A DNA stretch of 45,311 nucleotides from Candidatus Eiseniibacteriota bacterium (GTDB taxonomy: Bacteria > Eisenbacteria > RBG-16-71-46 > JABDJR01 > JAWXBZ01): NCBI GenBank assembly GCA_034440375.1, contig JAWXBZ010000081.1, forward strand, positions 1 through 45,311, written 5' to 3'. The notes under the pieces were generated by a model. That model did no database searches and had not been told where the DNA came from. It saw only the letters and a program-made list of their open reading frames with translations. This document shows, piece after piece, positions 1-9,136 of the stretch (its first letter is position 1; each line of letters begins with the position of its first letter). The position numbers and the translations under genes were made by a program.

Positions 1-481
1 CGTCGCCGCGGCGACGGGCCAGCCAGCCGTCGAGGACATCGGTCAATCCACCGGCCAGATAAGTGAGGAGCGCCAGCCTCAGATGGCCATACGACACAAA
101 CGCCAGCATCGCCGGAATCACGACGAGGCGCGACAGGGTCAAAATGTTGGCGGGATTGAAGCGATCGACCGGACGGCCGTCCGGCCTCACGAGGAGGCGA
201 ACATGCGCCGCGGTGACGGCCAGGCCGAACAAGAGGACGAGCCCGCACTGTGTGAAGACCTGGAAGGCCAGTCCGCGCTCCGCGGCGAAGGCCAGGACCA
301 GCGCGGCAGCCAGGAGGAAAAGAAATCCCACGACGCCCACCAGTGCGATCGAGCGGACCATCAACGGGCGCTCGAATGCCGATTCGCGTGCCAGCTTCAG
401 GCACCGTCGCACATACCGCGCCCAGGCGCGTGGCCGAAATCCCGACTGGCGAAGGTCAACCAGGTACTCCTCGACGAACAT
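1..481 (-). CDS. CDP-alcohol phosphatidyltransferase family protein with N-terminal membrane extension (3' end runs off the window)
   Basis: Absent from the ORF track, so I translated it by hand from ATG 481 (GGGAGG RBS at 485-490): MFVEEYLVDLRQSGF...NPANILTLSRLVVIP...GGLTDVLDGWLARRRGD. It carries the PN-x-LT-x-x-R and D-x-x-DG-x-x-AR family motifs. Confidence 0.85.
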   Translation of the reverse strand, partial: MFVEEYLVDLRQSGFRPRAWARYVRRCLKLARESAFERPLMVRSIALVGVVGFLFLLAAALVLAFAAERGLAFQVFTQCGLVLLFGLAVTAAHVRLLVRPDGRPVDRFNPANILTLSRLVVIPAMLAFVSYGHLRLALLTYLAGGLTDVLDGWLARRRGD

Positions 482-496
482 GGTCCTCCCATCCTG

Positions 497-1210
497 TCAC
501 CTGACCCCGGGCTTGACCACCTCACGGAAGATCGTCCAGAGGATCTTGGTCCCGGCACCCACGGTGCCCCGGATCGTGCCGGTCACCTTGGAGCGTCCGA
601 TCCGCTTGCGATAGGAAACCGGTACTTCGACCGCAATCAGGCCGATTTGGGCGGCTTTGACCTGCATTTCAACGGTCCACCCGTAGTTGGTATCGGCCAT
701 GCCAAGTCGCAACAGCGAAGGAAACGCGATGGCCCGAAAGGGTCCCAGATCGGTATATGAAACACCCCAGAAGAGCCGGATGAGGCGGGTGGCCAACCAG
801 TTGCCGAAGCGGGCCTGAGGCAGGAGTGCGCCGGGTTCGGATGATCCCAGGACCCGGGAGCCGATGACCATGTCGGCCCGGCCCGCCACGATCGGCTCGA
901 TGACCCTTGTCAGTTCGCCGGGGTGATCGGAGTAGTCGCCGTCGATGAAAACGAGAATATCCGGACGCCGTTCGGGTGCACAAAGCCAGGCGATGCCGGT
1001 CAGGCAGGCCTGCCCGTAGCCCCGCCTCGATTCGCCGAGGACCATGGCACCACCCTTACGCGCCACCTCGGCGGTGTTGTCGGTGGAACCGTTGTCCACG
1101 ACGACAACCCGCGCCACCGGCGGCCGTGGCAGATCGGCCAGCACGCGGCCGATCGACGCGGCTTCATTGAGCGCGGGAATGACCACGGCCACCCGTGGGG
1201 CCGGCGTCAC
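497..1210 (-). CDS. Glycosyltransferase family 2 (DPM1-like)
   Basis: Motifs VVIPALNE, VVDNGSTD, RGYGQA, FIDGDYSD, DLGPFRAI. Start placed at the GTG overlapping the ppdK stop (GTGA). Confidence 0.9.
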   Translation of the reverse strand: MTPAPRVAVVIPALNEAASIGRVLADLPRPPVARVVVVDNGSTDNTAEVARKGGAMVLGESRRGYGQACLTGIAWLCAPERRPDILVFIDGDYSDHPGELTRVIEPIVAGRADMVIGSRVLGSSEPGALLPQARFGNWLATRLIRLFWGVSYTDLGPFRAIAFPSLLRLGMADTNYGWTVEMQVKAAQIGLIAVEVPVSYRKRIGRSKVTGTIRGTVGAGTKILWTIFREVVKPGVR

Positions 1211-3999
1211 GCCGTGCTTTGCGCGGTCAAGCCCGCTTCGGACAGTGCCGCACGCGCCGCGGCCAACCGCGCGATGGGCACCCGGTACGGGCTGCACGAG
1301 ACATACTCAAAGCCGAGCTGGTGACAAAAGGCCACGGCGGATGGTTCGCCGCCATGCTCCCCGCAGATGCCAAGCTTCAAATCCGGCCGGGCCGCGCGCC
1401 CCCTTTCGGTGGCCAGGCGCATCAGGTCACCGACGCCGATCTCGTCCAGCACCACGAAGGGATCCTCCGGCAGGATCTTGCCGTCGAGGTACACGTGCAG
1501 GAACTTGCCGATGTCATCGCGTGAGTATCCGAATGTCATCTGCGTCAGGTCGTTGGTCCCGAAGCTGAAGAACTGGGCCTCCATCGCCACCTGACCGGCA
1601 GTCAGCGCGGCGCGCGGCACCTCGATCATCGTACCGACCAGGTACTCGATCGTGACGCCGGTTTCGGCCATCACTCTTTCGGCCTCCGCGATCACCAGCG
1701 CCTTCTGATGGGTCAGCTCGGTCACCGCACCGACAAGCGGGATCATGATTTCGGGAAGGACCGTTACGCCCTCTTTCTTGACGAGGACGGCGGCCTCGAA
1801 AATGGCGCGGGTCTGCATCCGTGTGATCTCGGGATAGGTGATGCCGAGCCGGCAACCACGATGACCAAGCATCGGATTGAACTCGTGCAGTGCTTCGACG
1901 CGATGCAGCAGCGTTTCCGCCTCGGCCAGCCGGGCGTTCCTCTCCCCCTTCGCCTTCATGACGGCCACCTCCACCAGCAAGTCCTCGCGCTTTGGCAGGA
2001 ACTCATGGAGCGGTGGGTCGAGCAGGCGGATCGTCACCGGGTAACCGTCCATGGCGCGGAAGACCCCGGCAAAGTCCTCCCGCTGAAACGGGAGCAGGGC
2101 GGCCAGCGAACCGAGATAGCCCCGGCTGGGTCCGGCGAATTCCGACTCCAGTTCCGCGAGCTCATCGGCCAGGCGGGTGGACTCGAGGCCGGAGGCCCGT
2201 TCGGCGGCCTTTCGCACTTCGAGAATCCGATGCTCGATCCGCTTGAATTCGTTGGCCGAAAGGATCATCTCCTGAACGGGGCGTATCCGTTCCTCGCCGA
2301 AAAACATGTGCTCGGTCCGGCAGAGACCGATTCCCTCGGCACCGAACTCGCGGGCCTTCAGGGCATCGCGCGGGACATCGGCGTTCGAGCGAACCTTGAG
2401 CGTCCGGAACTCGTCCGCCCAGCGCATGAACTCGTCGAATTCGCCGGACATCGTCGGCTCGATCAGCGGCACCTGCCCCGGGTAGACATGGCCCGAGGAA
2501 CCGTCGATGGTGATCCACTCTCCCTCGGTGATCGTCGTGGTCCCGGCGGTGAATTGAGTGGCGCCGTCCTTCACCCTGATGTCGGAACACCCGACGATGC
2601 ACGGCTTGCCCATGCCGCGGGTCACGACGGCGGCATGACTGGTATTGCCGCCGGTGGCCGTCAGGATCCCCCGGGCCAGGTCCATCCCGTGGATGTCGTC
2701 GGGATTCGTCTCCTGTCGGACCAGGATAACCGCCTTTTTCTCGCCTCCCAGCCGAAAGGCCTCGTCGGCACTGAACACGACCATTCCGGTCGTGGCGCCG
2801 GGACTGGCCGGCAACCCCCTGGCGATGGGCTGGATGGCAGCGGTAGGGTCAATCCGCCAGTGCAATAGATGATCCAGGTCGCCGGGCGGCACCCGAAACA
2901 TCGCCTCCTTCTTGTCGATCAACCCTTCCTTCACCATGTCGACGGCGATCTTGACCGCGGCCACGCCATTTCGCTTGCCGGTGCGCGTCTGGAGCATGAA
3001 CAGATGCCCGGCCTCGATGGTGAATTCGAAATCCTGAACATCACGGTAGAGTTTCTCGAGCCGATCGGTGATTTCGCGCAATTGCGCATACACGCCGGGC
3101 ATCTCATCCTTGAGCATCGCGATCGGCTGTGGTGTCCGGATGCCGGCCACCACATCCTCACCCTGGGCATTGGTCAGGTACTCGCCGTAGAACTCCGCCG
3201 CGCCGTTGGCCGGATTTCGTGTGAAACCGACGCCGGTGCCGGAATCGCTCCCCATGTTTCCGAAGACCATGGCCTGCACATTGACGGCCGTCCCCAGGTC
3301 ATCCGGGATGCGGTTCTGCTTCCGGTAATAGATGGCGCGGGGGTTCTGCCACGATCGGAAGACGGCATCGCGCGACATGTCGAGCTGCTTACGTGGATCC
3401 TGCGGAAAGTCTTCGCCACGCTCGTCCCGCACGACTTTTTTATATGTCGCCACAAGCTCCTGCAGATCCTTGACGGTCAGGTCCGTGTCCAGTTGGATGC
3501 CGCGCGCCTCTTTCAGCGCCTCGATCCGTTTCTCAAAGCGCGACTTCTCGATCTCCATGACGACACTGCCGAACATCTGCAGGAAACGCCGGTAGGAATC
3601 CCACGCAAAGCGCGGATTGTCGGTCCGGGTGGCGAGGCCCTCGACCGACTGGTCGGTCAGACCGAGGTTCAGGATGGTATCCATCATCCCGGGCATGGAA
3701 AACTTGGCGCCGGAACGGACCGATACGAGGAGCGGATCGCTCGGATCGCCCAGCTTCTTGCCCATGACCTTTTCCAGCCGGACCAGATTGGTTTCCTGTT
3801 CGGCAGCAAAGCCGTCGGGCGCGCGGCCGCCCGTGGTGAAGGCAGTGCAAACCGTGGTCGCGATGGTGAAACCCGGGGGCACGGGCACCCCGGCGTTGGT
3901 CATCTCGGCCAGGTTCGCCCCCTTGCCGCCCAGCAGGTCCTTCATGCCGGCCTGGCCGTCGGCCTTCCCCTCACCAAAAAAATAGATCTGCTGGCTCAC
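1207..3999 (-). CDS. ppdK: Pyruvate, phosphate dikinase
   Basis: Motifs LLGGKGANLAEM, VSVRSGA, SMPGMMDT, GEDVVAG, phospho-His TSHAAVV, GLCRTEHMF, FSFGTNDLTQ, GICGEHGG. Confidence 0.98.
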   Translation of the reverse strand: MSQQIYFFGEGKADGQAGMKDLLGGKGANLAEMTNAGVPVPPGFTIATTVCTAFTTGGRAPDGFAAEQETNLVRLEKVMGKKLGDPSDPLLVSVRSGAKFSMPGMMDTILNLGLTDQSVEGLATRTDNPRFAWDSYRRFLQMFGSVVMEIEKSRFEKRIEALKEARGIQLDTDLTVKDLQELVATYKKVVRDERGEDFPQDPRKQLDMSRDAVFRSWQNPRAIYYRKQNRIPDDLGTAVNVQAMVFGNMGSDSGTGVGFTRNPANGAAEFYGEYLTNAQGEDVVAGIRTPQPIAMLKDEMPGVYAQLREITDRLEKLYRDVQDFEFTIEAGHLFMLQTRTGKRNGVAAVKIAVDMVKEGLIDKKEAMFRVPPGDLDHLLHWRIDPTAAIQPIARGLPASPGATTGMVVFSADEAFRLGGEKKAVILVRQETNPDDIHGMDLARGILTATGGNTSHAAVVTRGMGKPCIVGCSDIRVKDGATQFTAGTTTITEGEWITIDGSSGHVYPGQVPLIEPTMSGEFDEFMRWADEFRTLKVRSNADVPRDALKAREFGAEGIGLCRTEHMFFGEERIRPVQEMILSANEFKRIEHRILEVRKAAERASGLESTRLADELAELESEFAGPSRGYLGSLAALLPFQREDFAGVFRAMDGYPVTIRLLDPPLHEFLPKREDLLVEVAVMKAKGERNARLAEAETLLHRVEALHEFNPMLGHRGCRLGITYPEITRMQTRAIFEAAVLVKKEGVTVLPEIMIPLVGAVTELTHQKALVIAEAERVMAETGVTIEYLVGTMIEVPRAALTAGQVAMEAQFFSFGTNDLTQMTFGYSRDDIGKFLHVYLDGKILPEDPFVVLDEIGVGDLMRLATERGRAARPDLKLGICGEHGGEPSAVAFCHQLGFEYVSCSPYRVPIARLAAARAALSEAGLTAQSTA

Positions 4000-4020
4000 A
4001 CGACGCCTCCATCCCCTTTG

Positions 4021-5280
4021 TCAAAGGTCGGCCGGGTGTCGCACCTCGCCGGCAACGGCGGCCGCCGCCACCGCGAGGGGGCTTGCCCGATAGACATCGG
4101 GGCCGCGCCCCGCATCGGTCATGGCACTGCTGTAGGGCACGGTGGAGAGAATGACCTCTCCCTCGCCAAACAGGGCGCCGCCACCGGCCATGCCGGGAGA
4201 GGAGCCGGATACAGCAATCATCGCACTCGCGTTGATGAAAATTTTGTACAACCCTGTCGTCACGGCCTCGCGGGCCACTTCGAGCGTGGCGGGCGCAAGC
4301 GTCAGGCGCACTTCCGCGTGGATGTCCCGGGCCCGCTTCACCACGCCCGCGGCCACCATCAGGTCGGCTTGTCGGCCGGCCGCGCATGACCCGATGAATG
4401 CCGAGTGGATCTTCATGCCGGAGAGGGAACGCAGCGGCCGGAGCGGCCCGCCCGGACCGGGGCCCTGGATCATCAACTGGGCACCGGCCAGTGGCAATGC
4501 GCGCAGAGCCGGGCCCCGTGACGCCAGGGGGCCGGCTTCGGGAAGGACAATCCCACCTTCCTTGCGGACCGAGAAAAATTTCTGTGTCACGGCATCGGCC
4601 TTGATGAATCCGCCGCGCAAGGCCTCGGCGCCGACCTCCACCAGCGTGATTCGTCCGTCCATCGACAACGCCTCGACGGCGCGCCCCGAAAACTCCACGA
4701 ACGAATCGGCGGAGACTTCCTCGAGCGCGCCGGCCGCCAGCAATCCCATGTCAAAGGCCGACAGTTCGCCCGGTGCGCCACTGAACTCCATGTGGACCAG
4801 GTTCGGCATCCGAAGGGGCAGGCGGCCGGTGGCCAGCGCCGGCGCCAGAACTCCCGGTTCGGCACCGAAAACCAGCGCCCCGGCCGCTCCCATCAAATGC
4901 AGGCAGCGACCACACCCCCCAACAACCAACCCCGGCGTGACGACGCCCAGCTCGAGCAGTACCTGGGCACCGATCCCGAGATTCAGATCGTGAACATGAC
5001 GCAGCCGGTGCCGTGACACAAACTCGCGACACACGGCCCGGCTCCGCGGGACGCGAGATTCGACCCTGGGAGCCGGGAAGTCGAACGTCAGCGCCACCTT
5101 CGTGGCGTCCCAAACAGGTCGGCCAAACTCCAGCGCCAGTCGGGCCGTCTCGGGGCCGGCGGCGCCGCCGAGCACGGCCATGTCGAGCGGCAATTCAACC
5201 AACTCCCCGACCTCGGGCAGTCGGCCAAAGGCTTTCGCCATGACGTCGACCAGCCCCGGGCCCCTTGCGTGGCTCTTCAT
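4021..5280 (-). CDS. Aconitase-family (LeuC/HacA large-subunit-like) protein with degenerate active site
   Basis: 419 aa from ATG 5280, one nt after the ALDH stop. It follows the LeuC/HacA layout (PG-x-VVG, EF-x-G, L-S-M-D-G-R-x-T-L, FIGSC-x-x-GR, VY-x-ASP-x-x-VAAAAV-x-G), but most catalytic motifs are substituted. Confidence 0.8.
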   Translation of the reverse strand: MKSHARGPGLVDVMAKAFGRLPEVGELVELPLDMAVLGGAAGPETARLALEFGRPVWDATKVALTFDFPAPRVESRVPRSRAVCREFVSRHRLRHVHDLNLGIGAQVLLELGVVTPGLVVGGCGRCLHLMGAAGALVFGAEPGVLAPALATGRLPLRMPNLVHMEFSGAPGELSAFDMGLLAAGALEEVSADSFVEFSGRAVEALSMDGRITLVEVGAEALRGGFIKADAVTQKFFSVRKEGGIVLPEAGPLASRGPALRALPLAGAQLMIQGPGPGGPLRPLRSLSGMKIHSAFIGSCAAGRQADLMVAAGVVKRARDIHAEVRLTLAPATLEVAREAVTTGLYKIFINASAMIAVSGSSPGMAGGGALFGEGEVILSTVPYSSAMTDAGRGPDVYRASPLAVAAAAVAGEVRHPADL

Positions 5281-5281
5281 C

Positions 5282-6769
5282 TCAGTAGTTGTCGATCTGA
5301 GCCCGCTGCAGGCGCCCGCTGTAATCGATGTACACCGATTTCCACTCCGTGAAAATGTCGAGCACCGTGTGGCTGGCCTCGCGATGCCCATTGCCGGTTT
5401 CCTTGACGCCACCGAAGGGCAGGTGCACCTCGGCCCCGATCGTCGGGCCGTTGATGTAAGTGATGCCGGCCTCGATATCGCGAATGGCGCGCATGGCCCG
5501 GTTGACGTCGCGCGTGTAGATCGACGACGACAGGCCGTACACGGTGTCATTCAATACCGCGATCGCCTCCTCGAACGAGTCCACCGTCAGGATCGAAAGC
5601 ACCGGCCCGAAGATCTCCTCCTGGGCGATCCGCATTCCGGGCGTCACGTCGCCGAATATCGTCGGCTGATGGAACCAGCCGTTGGCATGCGGCCCTTCAG
5701 TCAACGACGCGCCACCCAGCAGCAGCTTCGCCCCCTCTTTCCTGCCGATCTCCACGTAATCGTGAACGGTCTGCCGCTGCTTTTCGGAAACGGTCGGACC
5801 CATCTGGACACCGGCGTCGAGCCCGTTGCCGATCGCGATCTGACCGGCGGCCGCCACGAGCCGTCGCGTGAACTCCGCTGCGATCGGCCGGTGCAGGATC
5901 AGACGACTGGTGGCCGTGCAGCGCTGTCCGGTCGTGCCGAACGCGCCCCAGAGGGCCCCCTCGATCGCCAGATCGATGTCGGCATCGTCCATGACCACCT
6001 GCGCGTTTTTCCCGCCAAGTTCGAGTGAAAGGCGCTTCAGGCTCTGGCCGGTGGCCTGTGCCAGGAGCTTGCCGACCGCCGACGATCCGGTGAAGGAGAC
6101 CACGCCAACATCCCGGTGTTCCGCCAAGGGCTGGCCACAGCTCGAACCGCCGCCGGTAACGAGATTGACGACGCCCGGGGGCATCCCGGCCTCCTCGAGC
6201 ACCCTGAAGAGGTGATACGACGAGAGCGGCGTCTCGGTGGCCGGCTTCAGGACGATCGTATTGCCGGCCACGAGCGCCGGGAACGCCTTCCAGGAGGGAA
6301 TGGCCATCGGAAAATTCCAGGGCGTGATGAGGGCCGCCACGCCAATCGGGCAGCGAATCGACAGGGCCATCTTGTCCGGGAGTTCGGAGGGCGTCGTGTC
6401 GCCATACAGGCGTCGCCCCTCACCGGCCGCGAAGTAGGCGCAATCAATTGCCTCCTGCACATCCCCGCGCGTCTCGGCGATCACCTTCCCCATCTCGCGG
6501 GTCATGTCGCGCGCCAGCTCTTCCTTCCGCGCACGTAGGATCTCACCGGCCCGAACGATGATCTCGGCCCGCTTTGGCGCCGGCACCAACCGCCAGCTCC
6601 GAAACGCCTCCTTCGCCGCCCCCACGGCCGCATCGACGTCTTCAGGCCCCGACTTCGGAAAGAGTCCGATCAACTCTTCCCAGTTGGCCGGATTCCGGTT
6701 TTCGAAGAACTCCCCGCTCTTCGCCGGCACCCACTTCCCGCCAACCAGGTTGAGAAACTTCTCCGCCAT
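5282..6769 (-). CDS. NAD(P)-dependent aldehyde dehydrogenase
   Basis: Motifs ITPWNFP, LKPA, FTGS, catalytic Glu in ELGGKN, catalytic Cys in GQRCTA, EEIFGPV, PFGGVK. Start MAEKF with GGAG upstream. Confidence 0.96.
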   Translation of the reverse strand: MAEKFLNLVGGKWVPAKSGEFFENRNPANWEELIGLFPKSGPEDVDAAVGAAKEAFRSWRLVPAPKRAEIIVRAGEILRARKEELARDMTREMGKVIAETRGDVQEAIDCAYFAAGEGRRLYGDTTPSELPDKMALSIRCPIGVAALITPWNFPMAIPSWKAFPALVAGNTIVLKPATETPLSSYHLFRVLEEAGMPPGVVNLVTGGGSSCGQPLAEHRDVGVVSFTGSSAVGKLLAQATGQSLKRLSLELGGKNAQVVMDDADIDLAIEGALWGAFGTTGQRCTATSRLILHRPIAAEFTRRLVAAAGQIAIGNGLDAGVQMGPTVSEKQRQTVHDYVEIGRKEGAKLLLGGASLTEGPHANGWFHQPTIFGDVTPGMRIAQEEIFGPVLSILTVDSFEEAIAVLNDTVYGLSSSIYTRDVNRAMRAIRDIEAGITYINGPTIGAEVHLPFGGVKETGNGHREASHTVLDIFTEWKSVYIDYSGRLQRAQIDNY

Positions 6770-6819
6770 GCCACCGCTCCATTTCAAACAATTCATCCAG
6801 AGGCCAGCAATCAGCGGAA

Positions 6820-6850
6820 AATCCTTCGCCGATAAGGTCAGCGAAGGATT
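6820..6850 (-). terminator. Probable intrinsic terminator downstream of the lipoprotein operon
   Basis: Perfect 10-bp inverted repeat AATCCTTCGC/GCGAAGGATT, extendable by a G-U pair only on the minus strand and ending in a short U run, about 45 nt after the stop at 6894. Confidence 0.5.
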
Positions 6851-6893
6851 CTATCAGATGAGATTGTGGTCGTCTGCCAGCCCCGGATGGCCC

Positions 6894-9038
6894 CTAACGC
6901 CCGTGCGGCGTTCGCGTATCGAGGAAGTGCTGCTGCTCGCTCCGCATCCAATCCACCGTCAACCGCGCTGCCTTGAAGGTGCCGGTCCCCTGCTCCACCG
7001 ACCCCTGTTCGAGCAAGAAGAGCGGAAAGCCGAAGACCGTCACGGGGCCCTGGTTGGGCACGGGATTCGGGTCGCTGTAGCGGAAGGCGTTGGGTTTTCG
7101 GTCGGCGCCCGAGGTGGTGACGCCGGTGCGGTGCCGGTAAAGCGAGTCGAGACCGCCGGTACGATCGTGGATTGAGGAAGTCATGATATCGCACGCGTTG
7201 AGGTTGGCGAGATTAGGGAATCGCGCCCGGTCAATTTCCAAGATTGGGAATCCGTCCCCCGCCGCTTCGGTTGTCGGCTCGGCCCACACGAATCCATCCC
7301 TGGCCAGGTTCGTCCGAATATTCTTGATGGCGGCGGCGCTGATCACCATGAAGTCGTGGAGGAAATCACCCGGAGCGAAGTTGAGGCCGTCATTCATCTC
7401 GCCAAAGCCATAATTGATGTTGGCGAGGCAGGCGGCGCCAATTGGGACGTCAAAGGGACCAAACGCGGTCTGGCCGGCCACCCAGAGCGCCCCGCCACCG
7501 GCCACGTAGGCCTGGAGGATGCGCCCCGACGGGCAGGCATTGGCTCCCACAAGGCCCGGGTTGCTCGAGAGGCCTGTGCCAAGGACATCCCAGTAAATCA
7601 TTCGATAGGCACTGATCTCGGAGAGGCGAAGGCCAATCGGATCCGCCTCCCGGTCGTCCGGTCCGAACATGTCGAATTGGCTGAAGCGGGCCGGATCAGT
7701 CACCGGAAGGCCCGCTGCAGCCAGCATCTCACGGTTTCGCTGATCCTGTTCCGCGTCACGGAAACCCTGGGTCACATATCGGCGCGTGTCGTCGACATAC
7801 AGGATTTCCCGGTCGAACGCGAAGCGGATGGCCCGAACGATGATCACCCCGGTCGTGATGCCACCGCCGGTATCGCGACACTTGACCACGATGGTGTGGA
7901 TCCCGGCGCTCTCAAAGCAGAAAGGACCCGCCCGGCGATCCGCCGTCCAGCCGCGATACCCCGCGTCATGGACGTCCGGATCGACGTTGGTCCCCCAGTT
8001 GTAGGCCTGGACCAGTCCGCCGAAGTCGCTGGCATCACCGGTCAGTTCGAGCCATACGCAGGCGCCGACCGGCAACTCCACTTCGCCGACCGGGCCGGGG
8101 AAAACAATGGTACCCACCTCGGGAGACCTTACCATCAGCTCTGGCGTGCCCCGGTTATTGGCCGAGGAGTCAAGAATCAGCGCGTTGCCCCCCTTCACAA
8201 ACCTGGTTTCGATGCCGCCCGCCTCATCCACGGCTCGTACCGCGAAAATGTACGGATGGCCAACCTGCAGCGTCAGGCGCAGGCAGGTCGTGTCGGCGCT
8301 CATTCGAATCCAGGGCTCGTCCGCCGCCTGGACATCGACAGCGTGCTGAATCTCCCGCCCCGTGGAAATCCAATCGAAGGGCATCTGCTTCAGTTTCCAT
8401 TCGTACCAGGCCGGCTCGCGCCGGGGATTCGGATTGTCCGGGTCGAGACTTGTCCAGCAGAGGTTGATTGTCCGGCCGACCAGGAGCGGATCGGCGCTCA
8501 TCGCAATCGGCGGGGACACAATCGTCGTGCGGGGCGTGAAGTTGACCGCCGTGAACTCGACATAGTCGGCCCGGGAGACCAGACCCTCATTGTCCACGGC
8601 TCGCAGATAGAACGTGTGGTCGCCGCGAAATCGGGCTATCGGATCCCCCAGGAGTGAGTCCTGTTCCGGCGTTCGGAAAAGGAAACTGGCCCGAAGGACC
8701 GTCGTGTCCCGCCAGCCGATGCCGGTGTCCGCGGCATCATGAAGCCCGCCCAGGAAGTCTTCGGGAATGTCGATGGCGTACTGATAGTGATCGATGATCC
8801 CGTCCGGGTCCCAGCCGGACCAGAGGATCTCGGCCGTGTAGCCAACCGAGTCACGAACGCCCGTTCCCCGCGGCACCTGAACAATGCCGCCCGTGATGGC
8901 GACTCCAGGTGGCTGGTTAGGCTTGAGGATGCCCGTCTTCTGGCCACAACTCGCCAGGAGCAGGAGGAGCGGTCCGGCTGGGGCGATACGGGACCAGGAC
9001 GCAGGAAGGCAATGGGGACGCTGTGACTGGCGGAACAT
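6894..9038 (-). CDS. Lipoprotein: three beta-sandwich repeats plus C-terminal alpha/beta domain (paralog of 10054-12258)
   Basis: GGAGGT RBS before ATG 9038. Lipobox LLLASC. Repeats of P-x-x-x-I...W-x-G/S-x-D-P-D...VRAVD-x-x-G, then an ILYVDD...YRMIYWD...GGALWVAG domain. Confidence 0.8.
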   Translation of the reverse strand: MFRQSQRPHCLPASWSRIAPAGPLLLLLASCGQKTGILKPNQPPGVAITGGIVQVPRGTGVRDSVGYTAEILWSGWDPDGIIDHYQYAIDIPEDFLGGLHDAADTGIGWRDTTVLRASFLFRTPEQDSLLGDPIARFRGDHTFYLRAVDNEGLVSRADYVEFTAVNFTPRTTIVSPPIAMSADPLLVGRTINLCWTSLDPDNPNPRREPAWYEWKLKQMPFDWISTGREIQHAVDVQAADEPWIRMSADTTCLRLTLQVGHPYIFAVRAVDEAGGIETRFVKGGNALILDSSANNRGTPELMVRSPEVGTIVFPGPVGEVELPVGACVWLELTGDASDFGGLVQAYNWGTNVDPDVHDAGYRGWTADRRAGPFCFESAGIHTIVVKCRDTGGGITTGVIIVRAIRFAFDREILYVDDTRRYVTQGFRDAEQDQRNREMLAAAGLPVTDPARFSQFDMFGPDDREADPIGLRLSEISAYRMIYWDVLGTGLSSNPGLVGANACPSGRILQAYVAGGGALWVAGQTAFGPFDVPIGAACLANINYGFGEMNDGLNFAPGDFLHDFMVISAAAIKNIRTNLARDGFVWAEPTTEAAGDGFPILEIDRARFPNLANLNACDIMTSSIHDRTGGLDSLYRHRTGVTTSGADRKPNAFRYSDPNPVPNQGPVTVFGFPLFLLEQGSVEQGTGTFKAARLTVDWMRSEQQHFLDTRTPHGR

Positions 9039-9136
9039 GGTGACCTCCATGTCCGCTGAAGGGGGGCGATGGAGGCCGGAGTGATCCGGCCGGAGCGCCC
9101 GTGGTCAAGGGGGTGGCGGTTGCCCGCCGATCCGGG

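Noticed and set aside
63-760. Plus-strand ORFs 63-614 and 83-760
   Set aside because: They are antisense to the CDP-alcohol phosphotransferase and GT2 genes, which carry clear family motifs.
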